Part shown: piece after piece, positions 15,351 through 31,468 of the stretch
Layout of the letters: every line of letters starts with the position of its first letter
Numbering within the stretch: the first letter of the stretch is position 1
From: the human T2T-CHM13v2.0 reference genome, Homo sapiens
Reading direction: 5' to 3'
NCBI GenBank assembly: GCA_009914755.4
Contig: CP068257.2
Span: forward strand, 39,712,001-39,776,000
DNA: 64,000 bases
Position numbers and translations under genes: made by a program
Notes under the pieces: model-generated
What the model saw: the letters and a program-made list of their open reading frames with translations, nothing else
What the model was told of the DNA's origin: nothing
The model's database searches: none

Positions 15351-15511
15351 TTAGGATTTAAATCTGAAGTGAGCACAGCCCTGTGGGTTCTACGGGTGAT
15401 GATAGACAAGTACTCTGGGATCTGAGTAGGGATCAGTATTGATGCAGTGAAAGGTGTGTGGGGCACGTGGGGGCATGAGAGCCTCAGGGGTGTTCGGGGC
15501 CAGATGGGCTC
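15351..15511 (+). repeat. Low-copy direct duplication, copy 2. Partner at 13865-14024.
   Basis: See copy 1. The two copies bracket the FAM3B exon at 14976-15099 and the GT-rich tract. Confidence 0.8.
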
Positions 15512-16743
15512 TGAACAAAGTTAGACTACTTTAAAAAGCGAAGTTAGACTACTTTACTTTGAATATGTGGCAAAGTCCTTCAAAGTCATGGGAACATGAA
15601 AACTCAGCCGATAGTTTCTTCGTTTTATTTTATGATCCTCACCTTCCTGGATTAAAGCAGGTGTTGTTTCTGTTTGCAGTCCATACTTTACACTTCTTCA
15701 ATATTTTGGGAAAATCCATATAAGATTGATATTATTTCTTCTTTAAATATTTGGTGTGATTTCCCAACAAAGTCGTCCTGGCCTGGAGGGTTTTGTTTTG
15801 AGGTTTTTAACTGCAAATTTAATTGATGTAATAAGTACAGCACTACTTAAGTTATCTGTTTCTTCTTGAGTGGGCCCCATTTTTATTTTTTTATTATTTA
15901 TTTATTTTGTTTTAGTGCTTCCTTGATTTACAGCATAGCTAAACTCAGCCGAGTCTTTCTTTGTTCAGACTGAAATCAGCCATTTCTCTAAAGAGAGAGT
16001 TCCTTAATGGGATGTGGTATTTAGAAACCAAGATCTAGACACTCATGGGCCCTTGATAGGGTTCCTCCTAAGCACTTTTAGTGGACAGAACCAAGCAATG
16101 CATTTGTTTCTAAATCATGAATTTACATTAGCATTTACAATTCAAATTCAACAGTGCAGGAGTCTTACCCCCTTAAGTTCTTCGATTTTTCATTTTAACT
16201 CTTCCCTTACACTGAGAATCTTGGTTCCTAGTACTATTAACCTTCGCCTTCAAATTACAATACCAAGACTACTAACAATACAACTACTGAGTGAAGTTAA
16301 AAAATGTTGTTTGCAGTTCCTCATAGATTTAAAAATATTTTATTAAGGTTATAAAGAGTCAGATGTCTATATTAATCAAGGCTCTCCAGAGAGACAGAGC
16401 CAATGGCAGTGGGAGGTAAGAAGAGAAAGGAAAGAGTGGATTTATTTATTAGAGAAATTGGCTCATGCAATTATGGAGGCCAAGAGGTCCCACGACAGGC
16501 CATCTGCAAGCTGGAGACCTTGAGATGCTGGTAACATGGCTGAGCCCAAGTACTAAAGCCTCAGAACCAGAGAGGCAGATGGTGTAATTCTCAGTTTGAG
16601 AATCAATAGGAGATGGGAGGTCTGCTGGTATCAGTCTTGGAGTCTAAAGGCGGGGGAGCCTGAAGTTCTCATGTTCAAGGTAGGAGAAGTAGAAGGGTGT
16701 CCCAGTTCCAGCAGAAAGAGAGAGAGAGGCAAAAGGGGACTGA

Positions 16744-17049
<306 letters not shown>

Positions 17050-17504
17050 AAAGTTGTCCTTTTATAAGGAACCCATTCACTCCTGTGATAACAGCATTAA
17101 TCCATTCAGGAGGGCAGAGTCCTCATGGCCTAATCACCTCCTAAATGTCCCACCTCTTAATGCTATTTCCACATGAGTTTGAGAGGTAACAAACATTCAA
17201 CTCATAGCAATGACCAAAGTCATATGAAATAATTACTTTCCCTGTAGTTATTTTACATTGAATTAATTTCCATTTGCTTTCAATGCTAGGTTTGTTTTTC
17301 TTTGGGTTTCATTTAATTTTTGAATATATATTTATTTGGTTCAGAAATCAACATTATGTTTGAATATTACATGTCCCAAAAAAGGAGGCTCAGAGAAATC
17401 TTCCCTGTATTCTCCACCTTTTCTCCCCACCTCTTGTTCCCATCTCCATTAATTTTTTAATTAGTTTTTGATTTATTCTTCCAGTATTTCTTAATGGCAA
17501 AAAA

Positions 17505-17690
17505 TAAGCTATATATATATATAAAATTAATACATACCTATGTATATTTTTATATACAGGTATATATATGCATGTATACATGTGAATATATGTATATGTG
17601 TGTATGAATATGTGTGCATATGTGTATATACACATTATACACGTATACACTCATATGTACACACACATTTATATCCTTTCTTACATAAAA
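17505..17690. repeat. TA/CA-rich low-complexity tract (TATATG / TGTATA / CACACA)
   Basis: Direct inspection. Confidence 0.7.
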
Positions 17691-17739
17691 GGTGGTAAAC
17701 TCTATACACAGTTATGACCTTGGCTTTCTTCACTTAACA

Positions 17740-19560
17740 GTTAATAGAGATTACTCCATATCAGTACATCAGGCTTTTCCTCATTTCTTTTATTGATATG
17801 TGGTATTCCATAGCACGGATGTGTCATAGTTTATTCAACTAGTTCTGCACTGATAGGCATTTCTGATGTTTGATATCTTTTGGTATTACCAGTAATGCTG
17901 CAATAAATAACCTTATGAATATATCATTTTGTAATAAATTATGATAAGGCGAGCAGTTGTGTAACCACCATCCTGGCTAAGAAATAGACTATCACTAGCA
18001 CCCCATAAGCCCTCTGTGTACCCCTTCTGAAATGCAGCTTCTTCTTTCCTTCCTGCCCAATGGTAACCTGGATTTTTTTTGGTGGTGATTTATTTCCTCA
18101 CTTTTCTTGGTAGTTTTACTGCCTAAGCATGCATTGCAAAATACTGTTATTTAATTCAACACTTGTTTAATGTTGTCTGTTTTGGACTTTGTATAAGTGG
18201 AATCATAAACCAAATACTCTTTTGTGTCTGAGATTTATCCTTCACGTTGGATGTAGCTGTTGTTCTTAGATGTTCATTGCTGTATGATACTGCATTGCAT
18301 GAATATGTTACAGTTATCCATTCTATTGTTGAATGACATTTGAGTCATTCCCAGTTTGGGGTTATTATGAACAGTGCTGTTTATGTCTCTTGGTGCACAT
18401 GCACATACATTTTTGTTGAGTGTTTTTTTGAAGAAGGATTCTCACAACTAGCCTCAAATTCAGTGATACTCTAGAAAAATTCCTAAGACCCAATAACAGG
18501 TTACACTTATAGGTAAGTTTTCTTACAGCAAAAGACACAGAGCAAACCCTCCTGCATGTTCTGCTGATGGTGAATTCTTCCAGTTTATGTTTCTCTGAAA
18601 TATCTTTACTTCACCTTCATACCTGAAAAATAGTGTGGTCTGCTGATAGTGAATCTTTCCAGTTTACGTTTCTCTGAAATATCTTTATTTCATCTTTGTT
18701 CCTGAAAAATACTTTTGTAGGCTGTGTTAGCCATTACTTTCTTTCAGCACATTCAAGGTACTATTCCACTGTCTTCTAGGTTCTATATTTTCCTTTTGAG
18801 AAGTCAGCTGACAGTCTTATTGTCGCTGCTGTGAAAGTAACTGCCCATTGCCCTCGTCCCCGTCACCTTAGAGATTCCTTGTCTGGTTTTCAACATTTGT
18901 ACTCCAATGTGTCTTTTGTTGTTTTATCTTCTTTGGAGTTTTTTTGAGTTTCTTAAATAGGTAGGTATTGAAGTCTTTCATCAAATTTAACAAATTCTCT
19001 GCTCTTGTATCTTCTGCCCATTCACTTTCTCCTCTTCTTCTGAGATTCTTAATGAAACATATATTAGACCTTATCACTACTATAGTCTCTAGAGCCTATA
19101 GTCTATTTTGTATTTTCCATTTGTTTACCTCTCTGCTCTTTATCGTGGACAGAGTTGTTTTCCATTCACTAATTCTCTCACCCACTGTACCTAATCTGCT
19201 GTCAAACCCATTCAATCACTACTGATTTTAGGTTACTGTATTATCTTAGTTTTAGAAATTCATTCTGGTTCTTTTTAAAATCAGCATGTCAGTTTTGGTA
19301 CTTTTCAGTTCTGAAATTTTTAATTTTATCAACCATGTTTTTGAATACATTATAGTTAAAGTCTGAGTTGGATAACTCTAGCATTTAGAGTGCCTGTGAG
19401 TCTGTCACTATTATCTACTGTTTTCTGCTGGTTCCATTGTCTCTTGTGTGCGTTGGCCTTTTTCCTCACGTGTCAGGTTTCATTTGATCCTGCACCTGTT
19501 TTTTAAAAAAATTGAGGCATGGGATGATATCTTCTTCTGAGGAATTATCTTTGCTTCTCC
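17740..19560 (-). mobile_element. Old L1 (L1M-like), antisense orientation. Contains an internal ~66-bp tandem duplication at 18555-18690.
   Basis: L1M antisense-like stretches (…gtgtctgagatttatccttcacgttggatgtagctgttgttcttagatgttcattgctgtatgatactgcattgcatgaatatgttacagttatccattc…). Family assignment is approximate. Confidence 0.45.
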
Positions 19561-20438
19561 CAGGGACCTGGAACCTTTAGCAGAACAGGGTGACCTGAAT
19601 AAGTGTTAAAGATTTTCTGGGCCACCTAGTTGACTAAAAACTAGGCTGAAGTTTATACAAGCTCTGATTTTTTTCTGGTTTGCTCTCACTTTCAGGATTC
19701 AACCCTTTGTGACCCCAGGCCAAATAAGATGTGGGAGATTTAACATGGCCCTGACCCTGGCTTCCAACTTCTGTTCCCTTGGCTCACATGGTTGTCAGAA
19801 GGGCTGTTCACTTCCTTACACACCTTTTCTGGAATCAGCAAATTCTCCTTGGTTAAAAGTAGCTTTTAAACGCTGGACTTACCAACCTGAAATTTAGTCT
19901 TCTCCCAGATCTTGGCCTGGGAAATTCTTAACTACCTTATTTGGTCTCTAACGTATACAACCAGATCTTTAACAACAACAGCAACAACAAAACTTGCCTC
20001 ATGTTTTCTGCTTTTCTCCATGAGAAAGTCGGTTTAGATTAGCCGATTTTCTATTATCAGAAATCTCTTTCTGCTTCAAGTTATTATGGAATAGTCTCTA
20101 AACCTGTCAAAAAGCACTAAGCCTAGAAAACTCATAGGGGAGTTTAGGTAAAGGTGTCAAAACAAAATATTAAAGTTCCGTGTTCGCTATTCCAAAGCAT
20201 GGAAAAAGGAGGAAGCCTTCCAAATTATTTTCATAAAGCTAACATGTCATTGATTCTGACACTTGACAATGGGAACATGCACATATACAACATGCACACA
20301 CACAATTTCTGTGATCTTCAGCAATAATTACCATCTCCAGGTAAGTCATTTAGTTTTCCTGATTTTAGGGCACAATCCTCTTGAATTTGGCATTTCATAT
20401 TCTACAATTTAAAGGTTAAAAATTAAGTGACATACTCA

Positions 20439-20738
<300 letters not shown>

Positions 20739-21073
20739 TTAACAATAAAGTGCATCTGTGAAGAGCCTGAGCTAAATAAATGTTAGTTTTTCTTCCCCCT
20801 AGCCATTTGTCTAAATTATAAGATTGAATGCAGTGTCCAGGTCCCCTGAGAGTCCAGGTCCCCTGAGGGACTGAGTCTGTAGACACTGAGAATAGATGTG
20901 TGTGGATGAACATGGGGGTGGCGGTCTCGGGAGCTGCACCAAGGCGAATGCAGACTTTCAAGGAAAAGGTGGGGGACAGCAGATGAGACTGACATTTGGT
21001 CAGGCGAAGACTTCGCGGAGCGGGGAGAGTCGCACGCCTCTTGGTACTTGACTAATGCTTAGCTCCATTTCAG

Positions 21074-21132
21074 ACTTATGGGAGAACAGCTGGGAAATGT
21101 TGCCAGAGGAATAAACATTGCCATTGTCAACT
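21074..21132 (+). CDS. FAM3B: FAM3B coding exon (L-MGEQLGNVARGINIAVVN-y)
   Basis: Acceptor ccatttcag|ACTTATGGG and donor CAACT|GTAAGT. Phase is consistent with the previous exon (ct+a = L) and the next exon (t+at = Y). Confidence 0.8.
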
Positions 21133-21750
21133 GTAAGTTACTAAACATTTTCTTTAAACTTCTCTAAAAGCTCTCTGGTCAGATTTTCAAAGGTACCTTG
21201 GGTTTTCGAGACTTTTGCGCGTGATTTAGTCTAGGTTTGTATTTTAATGCATTTTAAGATTATATACTCAATTATTTTTACAAGTCTCACTTCACAGATT
21301 ATTTGTGGTTCTAACAACAAATAAACAACTGAAAACCAAATATAGACTTTATTTTAAAAAAAGAAAAAAACAGAGGGATAGGCCAAAGTTAGGGTTAACA
21401 CCAGAAGGGCCGCCAAGGGGGTGCAGCCTGTGGTCCTGGACTGAGCCTCTCATTTGCTCCCAGAGTCCCAGTGTCTGCTCAGGGGCTGACACCATAGACC
21501 ATCTCATCCTTCTGTGTGATAAAAGCCACTGCAACCTCGTGGGAAACAAAACTTGGCCTTTCTCTTAGGTCTGGAATAAAGCTCTCTCACAGTTGCCTTT
21601 GAGGGGCCCAGAGGAGAAGGAAAGGGTTTCCCACAACGTCCCTGTGAGTGAGTGGGCCGCATAGCCCCGAGACGTGAGGGCTGTGGAAGTGAAGATAAAA
21701 TGCTCCCAATCTGACAGCCCTGAAGGAGGCTGTAAAGTAGGAAGTGGGCA

Positions 21751-22026
21751 GGCTGAGGGGGCTCTGGTGTTTCTGTGGGATGAGGCGGGTGGGCCTGGCT
21801 GAGGGGGCTCTGGTGTTTCTGTGGGAAGAGGCGGGTGGGCCTGGCTGAGGGGGCTCTGGTGTTTCTGTGGGATGAGGCGGGTGGGCCTGGCTGAGGGGGC
21901 TCTGGTGTTTCTGTGGGATGAGGCGGGTGGGCCTGGCTGAGGGGGCTCTGGTGTTTCTGTGGGATGAGGCGGGTGGGCCTGAGTGAGGGGTCTCTGGTGT
22001 TTCTGTGAGATGAGTTGGGTGGGGGA
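21751..22026 (+). repeat. Minisatellite/VNTR: 46-bp unit GGCTGAGGGGGCTCTGGTGTTTCTGTGGGATGAGGCGGGTGGGCCT, ~6 copies, in the FAM3B intron
   Basis: Exact period 46 from 21751 (21797, 21843, 21889, 21935, 21981). The last copy is diverged. Source of the spurious Pro-rich minus ORF 21504..22094. Confidence 0.9.
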
Positions 22027-22282
22027 GGTATTAGTGTTCCATCAGGTGTAACCCAAAGCAAACTGGAAGAAAGTTCTAGCACAGCTTCCAGCACTTTCCT
22101 TTGACCTGGTTTTGGGGACTCTCCTCAAGGGGCCCGCCCTGTCTCTGCAGGCTGGGTCATTACATCAGTGGTGTTTGCTGGAGATAGACAGGGAAGAAAT
22201 ATTTCCTTCCCCAGGCCCTGGTGCCACAAGTGCGCCCTAGTTCTGTGAACTTTCTTTTAAAATACCATTTCTTTTATTTTCA

Positions 22283-22333
22283 GATGTAACTGGGAATGTG
22301 ACAGCAACACGATGTTTTGATATGTATGAAGGT
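22283..22333 (+). CDS. FAM3B: FAM3B coding exon (y-VTGNVTATRCFDMYEG-d)
   Basis: Acceptor tttattttcag|ATGTAACTGGG and donor GGTG|GTAAGA. Frame is continuous with neighbouring exons. Confidence 0.8.
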
Positions 22334-23611
22334 GGTAAGAAAATTTTTTCTGTTAAAATTCAAATGAATTTTAAACAGAAAATTAAGATTAAAAAGCACA
22401 AAGAAAAATGTCAACCATTTTTATTTTGTCTACTAGAAAAACGCCAGCAGCTCTCCTGAGTAATCTAGAGTGGTCTTATGTAGATCCTCTTAAACTCTAA
22501 TTGAATTCATAGAACATTTGAAGGCATCATCTAGAAATGTCTTTTCTTCTGTTAGTTTTCCTCAGTCTTTCTCTTTTTAGCTCTCATGATATAATAAGAA
22601 AGAGAAAAAGCCTTTTTTTTTAAAAAAAAAAAAAAGCCAAATACATTATATGTAAAATAAAGCCACCAGCATCCAGCCCTAAATATCATCATCCTTTGAA
22701 AGCTGTCACGATTACTCCTGGTGACTCACAGTGCTCTGCTGGGCTCAGGGCAAGCATTCCCGGAACCCACGGGTGCCCAGTCTTTCTCGATGGTCTCTCC
22801 TTTCTAGGCACTGACTCTTGACTGCAGTTGTTGGCCAGGATATACTATCCCCTCTTATTTTTATATATCAATGAGACTTTCAAAAACAAGTTTTTATAAA
22901 GATAGTGAAGACGAAGAATAGAAAACGCCTGCACCCACCCAATAAGAAGGACACAGTTGTACTCTGCAGTTAACCTAAGCAGAACAGTAAATAATGAGCC
23001 GCAGCGGTGAGTAACAGGGTTTGAGGTTTACCTTTATTTTATAAGGCATAGATAAGTCTCTTGGCACAGACTTGCCCACGGTCCACATGTCTCGTATTTG
23101 AGTTCTGTGGGAGTCTCTCTCCTGCACACGTCGGTGTGTTTGCAAGGCCACTCTGCTCAGTGGTCGTGGTGTGGGTGTGGGTGTGGCCCTTTATCAGTGA
23201 CTACAGAGAACACTCCACCTGTGCCACACAGGCTGCTGCTTGTTAAGAGTTTGGTGATCTCATTTCTAAGGAGGGTTTTTTTTTTCTACCAGGGGCTCCA
23301 CTTCTCTTGTTTGTTGGTCAAAAAAGCTCCTTATCTTGACCCCCTTTCACTACTGCCCTGAACACCTATTGCAAGTGTTAGGTTCTTTTCCTTCTACGCT
23401 GTGCCACTCACCTCAGATAGTCCCTATGGTACCCCAGTGAATGTTCACACGTCCAGAGCTAGCACACCATCTGCAGGGTTGAGCAGCGAGCGCTGGGACC
23501 CCCAAGGATTCAGAATGGACACAGAATGCAGGTGCAGGAGGAAGCCCAGCACCCAAGGCAGAGCCTCAGTGAACAGCAAAGACCCTAAAACTGACTTGCA
23601 TCCCCCAATAG

Positions 23612-23699
23612 ATAACTCTGGACCGATGACAAAGTTTATTCAGAGTGCTGCTCCAAAATCCCTGCTCTTCATGGTGACCTATGACGACGGAAGCACAAG
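23612..23699 (+). CDS. FAM3B: FAM3B coding exon ([30 protein letters not shown])
   Basis: Acceptor cccccaatag|ATAACTCTGG and donor ACAAG|GTGAGT. In-frame match to FAM3B. Confidence 0.85.
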
Positions 23700-24072
23700 G
23701 TGAGTGGGTGTAGGTCTGTCACAGCGGTGGGCAAGAGAAGCCAGCTGGGGCAGAGGCTGCCAGGGTCTCTCAGTGACATCCTCTGGGGACAAGCAGAAAG
23801 TCCAGGAGCAAAGTACTTCTCTAAGGAAAAAGAATGAAAGATCATGACAAAATAGATGGCATTTCTTTAAAAAAAAATTAAATCACTAACCACAGAAGTA
23901 CTAGAACCTAAATCAAAGGAGTATTTCAAGGAATCAAGACAAAGCCACTGTTGACCATAATTAGGACAGACAAACTAACCTCCGGACAGAAAGCCTAAAC
24001 CCAGGGTGGCATTAATAGTTACAGCAATGTGAAAGGAAATTGAGATAATTTCCCTATAGAAAGAGGAAAAGA

Positions 24073-24413
<341 letters not shown>

Positions 24414-25190
24414 CTAGAAGTGGATGTAGCTCAGTGCCTCTCAGAGTGTGTCCTACTAAGTAAACCAAACCTGTGTCTTTGCTGCAGAATGTCTAAGAAC
24501 CTTCAAAGTGCTTATTTGTGTGGTGAATTTCCCAGACAGGGCTACTGACCACAGCATTTCCCAAATTTATCAGATTCCTTTTTTCATGGAGCATCTTACC
24601 AAACTGAAGTTCCTTGGCACATACTTTGAAAAATTCTGACTTAACTCACTTAGAACAATCTAAACTTAACTGTTTACTTTCCTGTCTACCCTCCTGTCAC
24701 TTCCTCTAAATCTTAATGTTTGCAGTGGCAGTATTGTTTTACATTTCTTTTTCCTTTTTGATGTGGACTTTTCTGATTATGAAAAGGGGGCAGTTTTGGC
24801 ATTTGCTTTCATCTTTCAGCAACTTCTCTCCACCTTATTTTGTGGTCACTAAACAAGGGGCAGAGCAATAGCCGAAAATTGTATTGGCTGAGTGTGAGCC
24901 TGAGATTGAACCCCAAAGCACAAGGGCTTTCCAGAATTGAGAAGTAGAATTCTGTGCCCCAAACTGGGGCCTAAAATGGCTCTGGATGTCCAATGGTTAA
25001 CTAGAAATGTGACATTCTCAAGAAGCATGTGTGCCTCTTAGCTGCCACTGTGTGTCATGCACTGCAGCAGGAGATGAATGTGTTTAGAAACCTCCATCCA
25101 AGGATGCACAGCGTAACACATCCAGAGCAGAGTTCCTCTCCTCTCCACGTCTCCCTGAGATGCTCACATGCTTTTCCCTTTGTCCTGCAG

Positions 25191-25323
25191 ACTGAATAAC
25201 GATGCCAAGAATGCCATAGAAGCACTTGGAAGTAAAGAAATCAGGAACATGAAATTCAGGTCTAGCTGGGTATTTATTGCAGCAAAAGGCTTGGAACTCC
25301 CTTCCGAAATTCAGAGAGAAAAG
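25191..25323 (+). CDS. FAM3B: FAM3B coding exon ([45 protein letters not shown])
   Basis: Acceptor tttgtcctgcag|ACTGAATAAC and donor GAAAAG|GTGAGT. ORF-track frame 25168..25662 contains this peptide and then reads through into the intron. Confidence 0.85.
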
Positions 25324-28300
25324 GTGAGTGGTTTTAAAATGTCCCTTCCCACCAATGGTGAGTATAGTAAATGCTGTGCCTTGAAAACGTTCCTGGTGGG
25401 TTATAACTCCGTCTCCAAACATAAGAGTTGTGTCAGCTGTTTCCATGAGATCAGCATTAGATCCGGACAGAAGTTTCAAACTTCTCCAATCTCTTTCAAA
25501 GTAGAAAATTCTGAATGGGCTGTTGGTATTGGTTTTTCACCATGCTGCAGCCAACATGGTCTGTCCTGGGCCTCTCCTTCCTTGGGCAGGAGGTTTACCT
25601 CCCCAAGCTCCTGCTATGGGGAAAGTAAGAGAGCTCACCTCTTAGGATGGCTGAGAGCATGAACAGACATGGTGAATGCAAAACACTCAAAACAGGCTGG
25701 ACACCAAATCAACACTGCACAAATCTGGCTTCCATTGCTGCTGCTGCTGCTGTACTAACTGGGCACGTGATTGATTCTAAGTCCCTCCCTTTATGGCCTT
25801 TATTTATCAAAGAGAAGTAAAGAGCAAAAGAATGGCGTTCTCACTTATTAACCACTAAGTCTCCTGTGAAAATTCCAACTGAGGGTTTGCAAAATGTGTG
25901 GGAGTAACAAGCTGAGCATCCGATGACAATCACAACATCCTGGAGAATTTCAGAGGGTTCTGCTCTCCAGGAAAAGATGCTGCAGTAACCGGTGCTGCAG
26001 TAACCGGTGCAGAAGAGGAGGAAATTGTGCTGCATGACCAAGGCGCGAGACTTCCCCACTATACCTTCTGAGGATAAGGGCCTCCTTTCCACTTAGCCAG
26101 AAATTCCCAGAAAGCAGAGATTTCTACATCTCCAGGGTGTGCAATAGGCCGCTTCTGATTTCAGGCTCTGACATTTGGTCCCAGTCTGCCTCCTTGTGCT
26201 GTGGATACGGGTCTGGGAAGAAAGACAAGCAACAGAAGCAGCTCGGCATCTTCTTGTTGCCATGACCACCTGAGGTAGAGGAGAAGGGGGCTGGATAAGG
26301 TGCGACTTCAGCGCAGGCCACACAACCAGACAACTTGGAACTGGTTCCCAGGAAACCCTAGACCTTCTGTGACCCCCTCTAGTCTCATGTTCCGGAGGCC
26401 CGGAAACCATGGTTATTTTAGCATGCATCTACACAAGCATGCTTTCCCCTTGTGACTTCATGTTCCTCTAGAGCCAGGAAGCCAGCCCTGCAGAACGTGT
26501 AGGGAATGTTTCCCGGGGCCCTGGCCTCGACCCCTCCTTGCTTATGACTGTGCCTGGGCACTTGCATGCACAGTGAGCCCTCATGGGTCTGCCCTAACCG
26601 AGAGGCACTCCCTGAGCTCTGATTGGTGGGGCTCCTTGGGCCCCACCACTGCCTGGACCCACACTGAGGGCAAGCTGAACCAGCCACACAATAGTGAAGC
26701 CGGGGCTTACGGTCCTGTGTTAGTTTTGCGAGGGGACGTCGTGTGATCTTAAACAAGTCACGTCACCTCTCTGGGCTCCAGCTTTCCTGCCTCCTCCAGG
26801 GCCAGCAGCTGTGCTGCAGTGTGCACCCCATTCTCCCCGGGATTTCCTCAGGCTGACCCTGGGGAGCGAATACTGGGTCCCCATCTCTCCGATCCCTTGT
26901 GTGATCCATGCCACAGGCTGTCGTCTTGAGAATGTCCAGGCTTTATCCAGCTGGCTGTGTGGTCTTGGAAAGTTATCTAACCCTCTGTGCTCAGAATCAT
27001 CACCTGTGAGAGGTGAATAAAGATAGTTCCTGCCACAGAAGGGCTCCTGAACATGAAAGAAGAGAAACACATGGATCTCAGAGTGGAGTCCTGTAACCCA
27101 GAACAGCTGGGCCTTCCTGGAGCTCCCCGGGTCCTGCCCCACCAGCCCACCCCAAACCCAGATCCCTCCGCACAGCTTCTGCAATCAATGTCTCTCCCAA
27201 CTTGGGTCTCCCCAAAAACCAGTGATGTCCAGGCTGTGCGCAGGACAACTGAACCAGCTTCTCAGAGGGTGGGGCCTGGCCTGGAGATTCTGATGCACGG
27301 GGAAGGGAGCCTCCTTGCGTGGATCTCCAGGAGAAAATGGAGGCCCTGGTTTCACATACACACCCACACTTCCCCTTAACAGCGTCCTCCGACTTCTCTG
27401 CTCCTTCCCCGGCTCTTACCCTGTTTTCCTCCTCCTCTTTCCTTCCTTCCCAGTTCCACAGTCTCTTCAGCATCTCCAGGGGCCTTGTCCCACCTTATCT
27501 AACCACCCCAGCTTATTTAACTAGCAAGGGCGGCGGTGAGCAGGTACTCCTGGCAGCCCGGGCGTTGTGCCACACAGGGACCCCCCCATGCACACGAGCG
27601 TCTGTGGTTATTATTACTACCAATGGTGCGGTTCTCCAGCTGATTTATGAGAGTGTCCAGACTGTACCAGAAAGGCTGGCATGTGAGGCTGAAATCCTTT
27701 TTAACTCAAATGTTAACATCTCATCAAACAGGTTCTTCATTAATGTTTAAGTCGTAGAAAACAAAAACCTCATTGGAATTGCACAGAGGAAGTTGTAGTC
27801 CTTCCTTATGATTTCCTTCATATGAAAGAGTTTCTGGAGCAGGAGAAATCAAGAAAAAGACTGGACGTCAAAGCCAGGGCTGAGTTTAGAGAATTGGAAT
27901 GTGTTTGGAAATGGTGGCTCCAAGTGAATTTCAGGAAAATGCCTGTTTTGCCCACCTGTGTCAGCTAAAAGTTATCCAAGTTACTACAGGAGTATAAAGA
28001 CGAGACCTAAACACAGCAAGCAGTCAGTGCTGGAGAGTTACTAGAGGTTCTGTGGTTTGGGGGCGCTAAAGGATGTTTGCTCAAATGTTGGTGAGGTCTG
28101 GACTGGTAGCCAGGGCTTCAAGACAGGTCTTACCGAGACCTTGAGAGAAGTGCCACTGGAGGAATCATTTGTGTCTGTGTTACTTTGGCTATTCAGACTT
28201 GCAGGTGGTGTATTTCCCTAAGGGTGGTGTACCCATGTTGGGAGGGCCTCCTGAGTCCTCAGGGGTCTCCCCAGCCCCATGTTCACTCCCACTCCACCTG

Positions 28301-29014
28301 CTATTCCAGGAGTCAGCTTTCTAGGCACAGCGCCTGGGCCACTCTCATGCAGAGCCTTTAATGACCCCACTACCTGCTGAATTGAATTTTAAAGTATAAG
28401 GAACTTCAAAGATTATTCCATCCAACCTCTTGGTTTTATAGGAGGAAGGAAACTGAGAAATAAATAAGGACAGGAGTCTTGGAAGTGAGGGTAACCTGGT
28501 TCAGATCTGGACTTGGCCACCCCGACTGCATGACCTGAGTTTGGCACTTCATAGGCCTGCGCCTCTTCTGCACCCTGAACTGTGGGTAGCGGAGCCTGCC
28601 TTGCTCCCTGTGTGTGTGACAAGCATGATGCAGCAGGAGGAGCCATCATTCTCATCGCCTCCAGCATGGTCTGAGTCTTGTCTCTGGTGATCCTAACTGG
28701 AGCACAGACCCTTGTCTTCAGCCCCACTCAGCCCCTCCCATGCTTTGTGTGCTCAACACTCCAGCAAAGCCTCATGAGTGGCTGCTCTTACCATACCCTG
28801 CAGCGCTTTGCCACTATGCTGGCTCTGTTCAGGTCTCGTCTTTATATTCCTGCTGTAACTTTCCACATGTGGACCTCTGCACATGCCTCCCTCCATGCAG
28901 GGGGTGCCTTCACAAAGCCTTAAAGATCCACCTCAAGGCTGTTTCTTCTGAGAAGCCTCTCTGGCCCTGCCACTGCTGCCCGTAATGCCCATGGCATTTT
29001 GTACCTTCCCTGAG

Positions 29015-29082
29015 AAAGAAAGGGAAGGGAATGGAAGGAAGGAAAAAGGGAAGGGAGGGGAGGGGAGGGAAGGGAAGGTGCA
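29015..29082. repeat. GA-rich simple repeat (GGAA/GGGA)n
   Basis: gaaagaaagggaagggaatggaaggaaggaaaaagggaagggaggggaggggagggaagggaagg. Confidence 0.8.

Positions 29083-31468
<2,386 letters not shown>

Noticed and set aside
21504-22094. 196-aa Pro/Thr-rich minus ORF
   Set aside because: Entirely produced by the 46-bp minisatellite. Periodic peptide repeats mirror the DNA repeat.
25168-25662. 164-aa + ORF overlapping the FAM3B exon
   Set aside because: Only 25191-25323 is exon. The ORF continues past a consensus GTGAGT donor into intron sequence with no FAM3B match.
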